This document shows, piece by piece, positions 39,432 to 49,452 of a stretch of 64,000 nt of DNA. Source of the stretch: an uncultured Verrucomicrobiae bacterium (lineage in GTDB: Bacteria; Chlamydiota; Chlamydiia; Chlamydiales; Rhabdochlamydiaceae); contig OY970364.1 in NCBI GenBank assembly GCA_963718565.1, forward strand, positions 384,001 to 448,000. The letters are read 5' to 3'. Both the position numbers and the translations under genes were made by a program. The number at the start of each line of letters is the position of its first letter. Positions within the stretch are counted from its first letter, which is position 1. A model generated the notes under the pieces. That model did not search any database. It was not told the origin of the DNA and saw nothing but the letters and a program-made list of their open reading frames with translations.

Positions 39432-39681
39432 GAGGGAATTGCAAAACTCCTCGCCGCCGCCAACCGAACCTGCTGTGCGGGTTTTGGCAACAGGTGCCAG
39501 AATCGTACGTCCTTAAAAACTCATGGCAAAAGTTGAAGACCATTTGGATCCATGCCTGATTGAGATCGATAAATGCAAAGCCTGGCATGGATCCAAATGA
39601 CATTCAGTGCTTGCCATAGGTTTTTGAGGACGTACCCAGAATCATCGATTTTCTGCTGGCGAGGAGTTTTGCAATTCCCTC
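39432..39681. mobile_element. MITE A (TSD TACA) containing nested MITE B (39505-39635, TSD CCAGAATC)
   Basis: Both TIR pairs and both TSDs are visible. Confidence 0.92.
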
Positions 39682-39745
39682 TACAAAAACTTATATGTAA
39701 ACATTATTACGAAGCAGGTCAAGTAAATATACCGAAACAATAGGG

Positions 39746-40930
39746 TTAATCGCGATAATAGGGATGATCTGCAACTTTTTTATAGTCCTGAAGTCCTTCA
39801 TCCCAGACCATCGTCGGGTCGAGATTTTCCCCATATTTGCTTTGCAGAAAGGCGATGACATTATTGGGCGCCCACATAGTTAGATGATCAAATTTTGCTT
39901 TCTTAAGCGGAAACATCTCTTCGTACTTCAGGGGTTTCATGCATTTTAATTCTGTTTTTTTCCAGCTATGGGGGAATGGACTATCGAGATAGGTGAAAAA
40001 GTATTGGACTTTGCGCTCTTTTTCATCGATCTCATAATGATAGATGTCGATGAAATTTTTAGTCTCTTTGACATAGAGCTTCAAAAAGGTTTTCGGTTTT
40101 GAGTAACTTGACCAATCCTGGATTTGATATTTTTCAGGGTCGAGATTGGAGAGAATTTTTTTCACATTATCATGGTCGGAAAGGAGGATCGAAATGTCGA
40201 TGTCCCAGTCCCAGGGGATGATGCCGCCATAACGATAGGCGCCCAGGCAGGTTCCGCAATCAATCCAATACACGATATTGTGTGCCTCTAAAAGCTCAAT
40301 GGTTTCTTTGAGGGCTTGAATTTCGACTTTTTGCTTTTTTGTTAATCCTGAGGGACGTTTATGGGCCTGACAAGGAATCCATTCTTCGCAGTGGAAATTT
40401 TTTATTCCCTTTAGGCGATAGTATTCCAGATTGCTCTTGATCGGAGACCTTTTCATGATCTTTTTAATCATTTCATGGCGCTTTTGCACTTCAGGTGACA
40501 GATAGGCGAGTCCTTTGAAAGCTGTTCCTAGCGCTTCACCGAAAGGCAGGGCGATAATACTGATCAGAGACTTTAACCAGTGGAAACTATCGTACTGGAA
40601 AGTTTGCACAACTTCAAATTCAGCATTTTCTATATCGTTGAAGGTGATCTGCTTGCCCGCAAATAAATAGCGCGAAGGAGTTAAAAAGAAATCCCCGATT
40701 TCCTCTAACACATGGGAATTTTGAACTTTGGTGTTAAGAAAAAAGCTTTCGCGAATGGTATGAAAAGAAGAAACCACTGGAATACCGATGGGCTGCATCA
40801 CATCGCGCACAAAGTCTGTGGGGACTTGCCGAGCCTCTTCTTCAGCAGAGCAGATCCCGCTATGTATTGCGAACAATGTGCAAGCGAATAGGAAGAAAGT
40901 CATTTGTTTTTTTAATAAAACTAAGCTCAT
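39746..40930 (-). CDS. LicD-family nucleotidyl/phosphocholine transferase
   Basis: YWIDCGTCLGAYRYGGIIPWDWDIDI; signal-like N-terminus; start moved to 40930 because the upstream extension is MITE C. Confidence 0.85.
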   Translation of the reverse strand: MSLVLLKKQMTFFLFACTLFAIHSGICSAEEEARQVPTDFVRDVMQPIGIPVVSSFHTIRESFFLNTKVQNSHVLEEIGDFFLTPSRYLFAGKQITFNDIENAEFEVVQTFQYDSFHWLKSLISIIALPFGEALGTAFKGLAYLSPEVQKRHEMIKKIMKRSPIKSNLEYYRLKGIKNFHCEEWIPCQAHKRPSGLTKKQKVEIQALKETIELLEAHNIVYWIDCGTCLGAYRYGGIIPWDWDIDISILLSDHDNVKKILSNLDPEKYQIQDWSSYSKPKTFLKLYVKETKNFIDIYHYEIDEKERKVQYFFTYLDSPFPHSWKKTELKCMKPLKYEEMFPLKKAKFDHLTMWAPNNVIAFLQSKYGENLDPTMVWDEGLQDYKKVADHPYYRD

Positions 40931-40942
40931 AAAAGGACCTCT

Positions 40943-41114
40943 TATACGGCGCGCGGTTAGGTTTGGTGAATTTTGACAGGCTGCGACTTTGCCAAATCGA
41001 TCCTTCTCGCTCGCCTTGCTATTCAGCAATGGTCCCGCTCGTTCGGCCGCTTCGCTTCGATTTTGCTTCGTCTCGCAGAGTCAAAATTCGCCAAACCTAA
41101 CCGCGCGCCGTATA
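40943..41114. mobile_element. MITE family C, 172 bp
   Basis: TIR TATACGGCGCGCGGTTAGGTTTGG; near-identical copies at 49453 and 50949. Confidence 0.9.
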
Positions 41115-41212
41115 CATTTAAACTGGACTTTAGCCATTGCTAAAATTCAGTTAAACGAAATGGTTATTTTCAATATAGCTCAAAACTAAGTGGTCATTTA
41201 GAATGACTCCCT

Positions 41213-41743
41213 TTGGGAATGAGAATGCTGACTCCGAACGGTATAAAACAAGAGATAAGCTTAATCTACCTCCATACCTTAGCGACTCGTTGGAGTTATT
41301 CTTTTGAGCTCACTAGAGTTGATATGGATAGTGTGGACGCAACAATCTGTGCTAAGGGAAAGATATCTGGTTCGAGAGGTATTCTTAGGTCACCAAGGAT
41401 CGAATTACAACTGAAGGCTACTGAACAAGAATGTCATCAAGAAATAATCTCTTTTAGTATATCAAAGAAAAACTATGACGATCTCCGTCAAACCACAATG
41501 GTTCCAAGGATTTTAGTGGTTCTTTTCCTTCCTGTTGGAATGGATTGGTTTGCATTTGACCAGGAGAAGATTGAAATTTATGGTAAGGCTTTTTGGAAAA
41601 GTTTAAGAGGGGAAGCTGAGAGTGAGAATAAAACAAGTGTTACAATTCACTTTTCCCAGGTCCAAAGACTTAATGAAGAAACGATTCAACAGCTGATGAT
41701 CGCAGCAGCTAATCGTGAGGAACTTGCTTATGTATCATGCTGA
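41213..41743 (+). CDS. DUF4365-like PD-(D/E)xK nuclease-fold protein
   Basis: DSVDATI...IELQLKAT...NYDDLR...PRILVVLFLP pattern. Confidence 0.75.
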   Translation: MGMRMLTPNGIKQEISLIYLHTLATRWSYSFELTRVDMDSVDATICAKGKISGSRGILRSPRIELQLKATEQECHQEIISFSISKKNYDDLRQTTMVPRILVVLFLPVGMDWFAFDQEKIEIYGKAFWKSLRGEAESENKTSVTIHFSQVQRLNEETIQQLMIAAANREELAYVSC

Positions 41744-42806
41744 AAATGAGATTTTCTCAGAACCTTTGATCGAATATCTGAAACATAAAGGCTGGGAATT
41801 GATGGAATCTGAGCCTGATATTGCAGTCTTGAGGAAACTCTTCGACAATCAAGAAGATGAGATTGTTTTACCAAGAGACAGATCCTATGTGGACTATCAT
41901 TTGAGAATCAAGGAAGCTATCCGTTTTTTAGCCGGTTATGAGCATACCACCGAGAAAGGGATTATTGAAGAGCTACTTCACGAAAAATGGGATACTTTGC
42001 GCATTAGGATTAGTGGAGATCAAATAGATAACGGTTCTATATCATTCTTCAATAAAAGGATCATTGAAGAAGGCATGCGCAAAATTTTACTGGCATCTGC
42101 TTGTTCAGTGCAGAATCCAAAGTTATATTTTAAGCGATTGTATTCTTCTACTGCCGAGCAATGGATAAAAAAATGTCGTTCTAGTGCGGATATGTCTGGA
42201 AGCTATATTTTAACTGTCCGATTCCCCTTGGAAGATGACTCGGAAGATTCGAAGATGCCTTTTTCAAGAAAAGTAGGTGAATATTTAATGACTTCATTGA
42301 GTAGCTTGGTCTATTTAAGTGAAAAACCGGATTTAGCTATTAATGTGCAGGATTTGAATGCTAATTTTTGTCTTGGTTTAGCTGAAATGAAACCGGATGA
42401 AGCATCTATTAATTTTGATTTCGAAATGAATTGGTCCTCTGAAGTCCCTTTAAATGAAACTATTCCATCTAAAGTGCTGATTGAAGATCGCTATTTTTCT
42501 TCAGTTGTTCGGATCGGACAAAAGTTAATACCACAAGCAGAAGTAAACCAAGATGTATTTGTGGGCAAGGTTCTATCTTTGCACGGTTTACCTGATGAGA
42601 CGGGCAATGTGCAAGGAGAAGTGGTTTTGATTTTGCTTGTGGATGAACAACAAACTAGGGCTAAAGCTTCCTTAAAATCTGAGTTCTATTCTCAAGCGTG
42701 TGATGCACATAAACGTAATGGTTACGTTCGGATCTCGGGAGCCCTTTCTGAAAAGCCGCGTTGTTCTGATCTCAAGGAAATTTCTCATTTTGCAATTCTC
42801 GAATAA
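41730..42806 (+). CDS. hypothetical partner of the DUF4365-like protein
   Basis: Overlaps the upstream gene; about 358 aa from ATG 41730. Confidence 0.75.
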   Translation: MYHAENEIFSEPLIEYLKHKGWELMESEPDIAVLRKLFDNQEDEIVLPRDRSYVDYHLRIKEAIRFLAGYEHTTEKGIIEELLHEKWDTLRIRISGDQIDNGSISFFNKRIIEEGMRKILLASACSVQNPKLYFKRLYSSTAEQWIKKCRSSADMSGSYILTVRFPLEDDSEDSKMPFSRKVGEYLMTSLSSLVYLSEKPDLAINVQDLNANFCLGLAEMKPDEASINFDFEMNWSSEVPLNETIPSKVLIEDRYFSSVVRIGQKLIPQAEVNQDVFVGKVLSLHGLPDETGNVQGEVVLILLVDEQQTRAKASLKSEFYSQACDAHKRNGYVRISGALSEKPRCSDLKEISHFAILE

Positions 42807-42905
42807 AACTGAAGAATTTTGAGGGAATTGCAAATAATAAAAATTTAGTTTTATTTATTTAAAGTTCTGCCATGGTATAATCTCCGTATTAAGTTTGGAT
42901 TTACC

Positions 42906-43805
42906 ATGTTTTGCTTTGAAATAAATTTTTGGTTTCGTGTTCTTGCCCGTTTTTGCGACTATTGCCTTTTCTTTTTGAGCTTAAGTGCTATTACTCTGTT
43001 TCTTCCATTCTTTTACGGGCCTTTTTTCTATTATTATCTTGCCATGGCCGTTCCGTTATTATGGGCCCCTATCGAGGCATTCCTCATCAGTAAATGGGGA
43101 GCCACGCCAGGAGAAGCCCTACAGGGACTGTCCGTCCGTGATGCCATGGGATTCAAACTTCCTTATTCTCTGGCTCTACGGCGCGCTTTTTTTCTTCCCG
43201 GAAGGCCAGGAACAGTCCTTCAAAAGAGGACTTCTTGGAAAAGAAAGCTTTTCGCCATTGCGATCAGCACAGCATTTATGCTTTCAGCTATCTACGGCAA
43301 TGTGTTGACTTTATGGACAGTCGGATTGAATAGAGGGATTTCTCCTGAAGAATGGGTCCAGTACACGTCAGATTATGCGGGATTCAAAATCTCATTTCCA
43401 ACAGATCCTGAAGAATCTTACAAACAGCTTATCATCCCTGGCAGTGGACGCATTCTTAACTATGAAGAACTTACCAGTGCTGAGAACGATAAAGTCCATT
43501 ATTCTGTCAGCCATATGGAGCTACCGCGTAAGTGGAGAATTGCAGGAAATACTACGTTGCTCAAGGGAGTGCTCGATGTCATGATCAAACATACAGAAGG
43601 CGCTGAGCTTCTAGAGAAAGACTTCAAGAAATTTGCAGGGTACCGCGTCCTTGACTATCGCATGAAGCAGGGAGCGGAAGAAGAGGTCAAGGGACGATTG
43701 ATCATCGTCGGTCCGATATTGTATAAACTTTCCATCATCTACCCCCCTTCTCATGCCGATAAAATACAAGAAAATCCATTCTTAGATTCTTTTGAGGTTC
43801 AATGA
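42906..43805 (+). CDS. RDD-family membrane protein with soluble C-terminal domain
   Basis: FRVLARFCDY and GATPGEALQGLSV motifs. Confidence 0.75.
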   Translation: MFCFEINFWFRVLARFCDYCLFFLSLSAITLFLPFFYGPFFYYYLAMAVPLLWAPIEAFLISKWGATPGEALQGLSVRDAMGFKLPYSLALRRAFFLPGRPGTVLQKRTSWKRKLFAIAISTAFMLSAIYGNVLTLWTVGLNRGISPEEWVQYTSDYAGFKISFPTDPEESYKQLIIPGSGRILNYEELTSAENDKVHYSVSHMELPRKWRIAGNTTLLKGVLDVMIKHTEGAELLEKDFKKFAGYRVLDYRMKQGAEEEVKGRLIIVGPILYKLSIIYPPSHADKIQENPFLDSFEVQ

Positions 43806-44404
43806 AGGTCTTTGACCCAATAGATCATGCATTTTTCAGTGGGACTCGCTTCTCCAATCACTTTCCAGGAGTGGGAACATTTCATTTCAGGATGTTGGAC
43901 GTATCCTCTTTTTCGCCAAAAGTTGTGCAAAGGGATGAAGTCTTTGGGCCTTTGAGGATTTGTTTCAAGATCATGGGGAACGCAAAAGCAGATATGTTTG
44001 AATTTTTTGTAATGAGCCACATGGATTTCCCGTGCATCAAAAAAATGATGTCCAATTCCGCGACCACGATAAGTTTTCAGAAGGGTTGAATCTCCGAAAA
44101 AGAAATAGGATTCAATGTTGAGCTGCCGTTCTTTAAATGGGCGATGAAGAGAGGGCTCTTCAACCGGTAGCGGATATCCAAGCGAAACCCCTACCAGAGT
44201 TGTGTTGTCAAAAATCAATACCCCTATCGACTCTTTGTTCGAAAATAGTTTCTTTAGAAACCGTATTTCTTGATCGAGGTCCGGCTCTTCGAAATAGGGA
44301 TATTCCCTGAAGACCTCCATCCGTAATTTAGCAACCGAATGCAAATAAGATTTAAGACCGGTTCCAGTGAATGAACGGACATGGATATCTGTCATTAACA
44401 GCAT
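43799..44404 (-). CDS. GNAT-family acetyltransferase
   Basis: LRMEVFREYPY, YRGRGIGHHFF and FWRKRGY motifs. Confidence 0.85.
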   Translation of the reverse strand: MLLMTDIHVRSFTGTGLKSYLHSVAKLRMEVFREYPYFEEPDLDQEIRFLKKLFSNKESIGVLIFDNTTLVGVSLGYPLPVEEPSLHRPFKERQLNIESYFFFGDSTLLKTYRGRGIGHHFFDAREIHVAHYKKFKHICFCVPHDLETNPQRPKDFIPLHNFWRKRGYVQHPEMKCSHSWKVIGEASPTEKCMIYWVKDLH

Positions 44405-44480
44405 GCGGTTTCCTCCAAAAAATTTTGAAGATAACCGTTCCTTATGTCGAAAATGGAAAAAAAGTTAAAGCAAAAAGATT

Positions 44481-44500
44481 GAGGGAATTGCAATTCCCTC
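44481..44500. mobile_element. 20-bp perfect-palindrome collapsed family A element
   Basis: GAGGGAATTGCAATTCCCTC flanked by GATT/GATT. Confidence 0.8.
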
Positions 44501-44506
44501 GATTGT

Positions 44507-45211
44507 CTAATTTAGAGGCGGGTTGTCTTTTTGAGGGCGTTGGGCGATCAAATCGTAGTCTCTTTTTAATCCTGAAACAATCAAGGCAATGCCATTTTCG
44601 TTACGTTGCCCTGTTGGGATAATTAAGTCAGCAAAACGTTTGCTCGGTTCGACAAAGGCATCGTGCATTGGCTTTACTGTGGTCACATATTGGTCGCGCA
44701 CACTCTTAAAATCGCGAGCTCTTTCGTTCAAATCTCTTTCAATGCGGCGGAGGAGTCGGATATCATCATCGGTCTCGACAAAAATTTTTAAATCGCAAAG
44801 TTCACGGATTTCTGGAACGGCGAAAAGAAGGATGCCTTCGAGAATAATGATTTCAGCAGGGTCGACGGTATGAGTAAGGGGCTCTCGAGAGTGGGTACAA
44901 AAATTATAGGCAGGAACTTCGACAGATTGATTGTCTTTCAAAGAGAGAAGATGTTTTTTAAGCAATTCGAAATCGATGGAATTAGGGTGGTCAAAGTTTT
45001 GTTTCGCCCGTTCCTCTCTGCTTAGGCAGCTGAGATCTTTATAATAATCGTCTTGATTGATCAAGGCTGCGCGATGGGAAAAAGTCGTCAGCAATTTTTC
45101 TGCTAATGTTGTTTTTCCCGAACCAGTTCCTCCTGCGATGCCGACGATCAGGGGAGGGGTGGCGATAAGTGGAGCGGCAAAACATAGGAAAAGAATCGTC
45201 AGAAAATGCAT
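44507..45211 (-). CDS. udk: uridine kinase
   Basis: GIAGGTGSGKTT, NFDHP, ILEGIL and VKPMHDAFVEPSK motifs. Confidence 0.95.
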   Translation of the reverse strand: MHFLTILFLCFAAPLIATPPLIVGIAGGTGSGKTTLAEKLLTTFSHRAALINQDDYYKDLSCLSREERAKQNFDHPNSIDFELLKKHLLSLKDNQSVEVPAYNFCTHSREPLTHTVDPAEIIILEGILLFAVPEIRELCDLKIFVETDDDIRLLRRIERDLNERARDFKSVRDQYVTTVKPMHDAFVEPSKRFADLIIPTGQRNENGIALIVSGLKRDYDLIAQRPQKDNPPLN

Positions 45212-45269
45212 AGGATTACCTTGGTCTAGTCAGCTGAGTTTTGGGTTTCTAGGATACCCAACAGAAGGA

Positions 45270-46457
45270 TTAAATCTCATCTCTTAAGATTTTTTGACGG
45301 TATTCTTGCATCCACTCGACCATAAAATGAAGGTTGTGAATTGTGGCGAGGGTCATGCATATCATTTCACGAGCCTTGAAGAGATGGTGTAGGTAGGCTA
45401 AAGAAAATTGCCGGCAAGTGGAACACAAACAATCCTCCTCAGGAGGGAAAAAGGCTTTGGCATGATCGCTTCTGGTGATTTTCAACGGGCCTTTTTTTGT
45501 CAGCAGAATCCCATGGCGGGCCGCGCGGGTAGGGTAAGAAGAATCAAATGTATCTATCCCCAAAGGAATACAGCGCTCGATCGATTCCAAATCTCCGATT
45601 CCAAGCAAATGATTTGGCTTTTCAATTGGGAGGAGGGGCAATGTGAATGTGAGCATGTCGATCATTTCTTGTTTGGTCTTTCCCATACTCCCGCCAATCG
45701 CAAAACCTTCAAAAGGAAGTCCGGTTAAAAATGTGCAGCTCATTTTTCTTAATTCATGGTGGACCCCGCCGTGAATAACGGCGTACATCGCCTGATGTTG
45801 CGGATTGGCCAAATGAGCTTTAAGCGAGCGCTCCTCCCATCGGTGGGTGCGGTCCAATGACTTTTTTAAATCGTTGTCAGTAATGTGATAAGGTGGCAAT
45901 TCATCGAAGGGGATGATGATGTCAGCGCCGAGATCTTTTTGTGCGGCAATGGATATTTCGGGAGTCAGCAAAACTTTTGCTCCGTCACGATAAGAGCGGA
46001 ATAGGACGCCGTCCTCGTTGATTTTTAGAACGAGTCCATTCTGTTTTTTTGTGCCTCGGCTTTTTAATTCATCGGCTACGGACCCATAAGCTAAACTGAA
46101 CACTTGAAATCCCCCTGAGTCAGTGATAATCGGCAGGGAACGATGAATATAGCGATGCAATCCTCCTGCTTGGCGGACGATGTCCGTTCCCGGTTGCAGC
46201 ATGAGATGGTAAGTATTGCAGAACATCAATTGCAGCCCAATCTCTTGGACAGTGGTGTTGTCTAGTGCTTTAAGTGTTCCATGAGTGCCAACGCCGACAA
46301 AATTGGGGGTATCGATTATTCCATGTGGAGTTCTGATTTTACCGACGCGTGCCCGCGATTTTTTAGAACAATGGAGAATCTCAAATTTAAAACTCAACTG
46401 TTCGGGGATTTCTGGAAAGCAAAGAGGCAGATAGGGGGAAGTGATTGTGGCTGTCAT
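45270..46457 (-). CDS. tgt: tRNA-guanine transglycosylase
   Basis: NTYHL, TDSGGFQ, DTFDSSYPTR and CLCSTC motifs. Confidence 0.95.
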   Translation of the reverse strand: MTATITSPYLPLCFPEIPEQLSFKFEILHCSKKSRARVGKIRTPHGIIDTPNFVGVGTHGTLKALDNTTVQEIGLQLMFCNTYHLMLQPGTDIVRQAGGLHRYIHRSLPIITDSGGFQVFSLAYGSVADELKSRGTKKQNGLVLKINEDGVLFRSYRDGAKVLLTPEISIAAQKDLGADIIIPFDELPPYHITDNDLKKSLDRTHRWEERSLKAHLANPQHQAMYAVIHGGVHHELRKMSCTFLTGLPFEGFAIGGSMGKTKQEMIDMLTFTLPLLPIEKPNHLLGIGDLESIERCIPLGIDTFDSSYPTRAARHGILLTKKGPLKITRSDHAKAFFPPEEDCLCSTCRQFSLAYLHHLFKAREMICMTLATIHNLHFMVEWMQEYRQKILRDEI

Positions 46458-47140
46458 CTCGATAGTCCGCTGTTAAATGCCTCATGGCGAACGAATCGTT
46501 TCGAAAAATGAATAAGCGGGCTCATGAGAACGATGACGAGAAGCTTGATCAGAAAACTCATGAGGATGATATCTGACAAATGCGCAACGAGGCCCCACAG
46601 TCCGAAAATGGAAAAGAGAAACGTATCGAGGAATTGGGTAATGCTTACAGAAAAAGCATTTCTTAAACTTAAGGGGAAAGTTTTGAACTTATCCTTAAGC
46701 AGCCCAAACAGCCGCAAATCGATCTGCTGTACGAAAACAAAGACGGCCAAAGAGGCTGCTAAAAGGCGAGGAGAAGCAGACAAGATCGACTCAAAAGCTC
46801 CTTGAGTCTTATCAAAAGGACTTGGAATGTAAAAAAGATGCATTTGTGCCATCGCGACAAAGAAGATCATCGCAAAAAAGCAGCTCCACAAAGCCTTTTT
46901 GGCTGCCTCCTGACCAAAGTATTCGCGCAGCAGATTAAGGCCAAAGATACTGCCAATAGCAAAGACATCGCTGCAGGTGACGTGGAAGCCAAAAAAACAG
47001 ATCTGTTTGATCACAAACAGATTTGCTAAAACTGCTTGCAGGGCGATCCAGGCGGTGAGCGTTACCTTTCCCATTTTTAGCGCACCAAAACCAAAACCCA
47101 TCACAATAATGACATGGATGAAAAAAAGTAATTCGTTCAT
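46454..47140 (-). CDS. yhhQ: queuosine precursor transporter (YhhQ/Vut_1)
   Basis: Multi-TM protein with ANLFVIKQI, SPRLLAAS and TQFLDT; overlaps tgt. Confidence 0.85.
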   Translation of the reverse strand: MNELLFFIHVIIVMGFGFGALKMGKVTLTAWIALQAVLANLFVIKQICFFGFHVTCSDVFAIGSIFGLNLLREYFGQEAAKKALWSCFFAMIFFVAMAQMHLFYIPSPFDKTQGAFESILSASPRLLAASLAVFVFVQQIDLRLFGLLKDKFKTFPLSLRNAFSVSITQFLDTFLFSIFGLWGLVAHLSDIILMSFLIKLLVIVLMSPLIHFSKRFVRHEAFNSGLSR

Positions 47141-47262
47141 CTAGAGAATTAAATTTAAACTAGACGGAAAGCATATCACGCTAGAGGATAATTCGAAAGA
47201 ACGTTTGAACGGCATGCTCGAGCGTACCGTTCAGAGAGTAGGTAAAAAACTAAAAGTTATTT

Positions 47263-48420
47263 TTAATCATTCGATGGTATTGTTTTAGCTTTCTTTGATG
47301 GATACTCAACCCCATCTCCTTGATTAGGGTTGTCCAAAAAAGGACTAAAATTCTTCTCATCAAGAGTATCGATTCTCTCATAGGTTCTTTTTTGTGGATT
47401 GGAGCGAGTTGTTTTTGTAATAAAGGGAGTATTGGTTTCTCCGTAAGCGTTCTCTTGTGGGTTTTTTGTTGCTATTCGTGCAACTGCTTCTTCAAAGTAT
47501 GTAAGTGCTTCGTCAACATTCCAAGGGGTGGTAGGTTTTTGGGGGTTTTGAATGATGGTAGGTACTTGACTGAAGGTGCGTTTTTGAGGGACAAAGGTGC
47601 GGCGTTTTTGAGGAACGATGGGCTCTTGACCCAAGGTGGAGTTTTGAGGGATGTGGGCGGGAGGAGGTCTTTGATCGAAGGTAGGTCTTGCATCGCCTAC
47701 ATTTGAATTTATTATGTTTTGTATACTATGCATTGGATTTACGGTGGGCCTTTGACCCAAGGTGGAGTTTTGAGGGATGTGGGCGGGAGGAGGTCTTTGA
47801 TCGAAGGTAGGTCTTGCATCGCCTACATTTGAATTTATTATGTTTTGTATACTATGCATTGGATTTACGGTGGGCCTTTGACCCAAGGTGGAGTTTTGAG
47901 GGATGTGGGCGGGAGGAGGTCTTTGATCGAAGGTAGGTCTTGCATCGCCTACATTTGAATTTATTATGTTTTGTATACTATGCATTGGATTTACGGTGGG
48001 TCTTTGACCCAAGGTGGAGTTTTGAGGGATGTGGGGGAGGGGTTTTTGCTCGAGAGGTTGTTCTTGCCCGAAGGTAAATGTTCTTGTTTGTTGGGTTTCT
48101 TCTCCTGTTTCAGGATTCCGAACAAAATAAAATGAGTAATCTGTTATAAGCGAGTAATATGTTATACGGTAATCTGCTATAATGGAGTTTTGAGGGATGT
48201 GGGGGAGGGGTTCTTGCTCGAGAGGTTGTTTTTGCCCGGAGGTATATGTTCTTGTTTGTTGGGTTTCTTCTCCTGTTTCAGGATTCCGAACAAAATAAAA
48301 TGAGTAATCTGTTATAAGTGAGCAATCTGTTATATGTTTGAGTACATCTGAATTTCTTGTGTTTTCTACACGCCTTGCACTTTCTATACGCCCTGAATTA
48401 TTTAAACTATTTATAGTCAT
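47263..48420 (-). CDS. 42-aa tandem-repeat protein (copy 1)
   Basis: 126-bp near-perfect repeats; unique C-terminus. Confidence 0.75.
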   Translation of the reverse strand: MTINSLNNSGRIESARRVENTRNSDVLKHITDCSLITDYSFYFVRNPETGEETQQTRTYTSGQKQPLEQEPLPHIPQNSIIADYRITYYSLITDYSFYFVRNPETGEETQQTRTFTFGQEQPLEQKPLPHIPQNSTLGQRPTVNPMHSIQNIINSNVGDARPTFDQRPPPAHIPQNSTLGQRPTVNPMHSIQNIINSNVGDARPTFDQRPPPAHIPQNSTLGQRPTVNPMHSIQNIINSNVGDARPTFDQRPPPAHIPQNSTLGQEPIVPQKRRTFVPQKRTFSQVPTIIQNPQKPTTPWNVDEALTYFEEAVARIATKNPQENAYGETNTPFITKTTRSNPQKRTYERIDTLDEKNFSPFLDNPNQGDGVEYPSKKAKTIPSND

Positions 48421-48753
48421 AATTACCTCTTAGTTATATAAAGTTTTACATGTTTTCACAATTTTAGCATTAACTGTTATTAATTTTCTATAAAATATAA
48501 GATAGCATATAACGGTCTTCTTAGAAAATACTCTCCATGCTTTGCAAGTAATTTATTGTCAATGAGATAGCAAATCTGAAGGGGACGATAACCTCTGTGC
48601 AATGTACAAAATAAAAGTTGCCTTTTTATTTATTGTGGAACACATTTAGCATTAAAGAGTCGTTCCTGAGGGGAATTCCTCAAAAAAGATTCCCTGCTTT
48701 ATCGGGAATGGCTCATCAATCACTGACTGCACCAAATATTCCATAGCGGATTT

Positions 48754-49392
48754 ATGAATTTTACAGATTTCGTTTATTACTTTATCTCACTCCTCGTCAT
48801 TTGCAGTCCTTTTTCTGCACTCCCAGCACTGCTTACGCTTACACAGGGTCTTTCCGATGAAGAAAAAAGGCAAACTGGCATCATCGCAGGAATGGGAGTT
48901 GGAATCATTTTGATTGCAATGACTTGGATTGGAGGCCCTCTCTTAGATTTTTTGGGGATCTCGGTCTCAGCTTTCCAAGTTGCGGGGGGCTTTGTTGTTT
49001 TTATGTTAGCGCTATCGATGCTTAATGCTGAGACGAGTCGCATGAAACAGACAACAGAAGACCAAAAAGAAACCAAACAAAGGCATTCGATTGCAATCGT
49101 TCCTTTAGCGATCCCGATTATGGCAGGCCCTGGAGCGATTAGTACCATGATCGTTGCTGTGAATGATAATCCTGGATTTTTGAATCAACTGTTATTGTCC
49201 CTGTGTGCTATTTTCGTTGCTTTTGTCTTAGGGGTGACGCTTTATTTTTCCACACACTTTGAAAAAATGCTTGGGCAAAGAGGAATTAATATTGTCAACC
49301 GTCTCGCCGGTCTTATTTTGGCTGGCATGGCAGTCCAGACGCTTGCTAAAGGGATCATAGGATTATTCCCCTTCATGGGGCAGCCCCACTGA
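48754..49392 (+). CDS. marC: MarC-family integral membrane protein
   Basis: AFQVAGG, VPLAIPIMAGPGAIST and RLAGLIL motifs. Confidence 0.9.
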   Translation: MNFTDFVYYFISLLVICSPFSALPALLTLTQGLSDEEKRQTGIIAGMGVGIILIAMTWIGGPLLDFLGISVSAFQVAGGFVVFMLALSMLNAETSRMKQTTEDQKETKQRHSIAIVPLAIPIMAGPGAISTMIVAVNDNPGFLNQLLLSLCAIFVAFVLGVTLYFSTHFEKMLGQRGINIVNRLAGLILAGMAVQTLAKGIIGLFPFMGQPH

Positions 49393-49452
49393 GAATAGAA
49401 TAATCAGTTCTATTCCTCTCTCGTTCTGTCATAAAAATCCCCTCCTTCATAC

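Noticed and set aside
47141..47262. preQ1 riboswitch upstream of yhhQ
   Set aside because: The hairpin matches the family E element at 52331-52385, and no preQ1 consensus is visible
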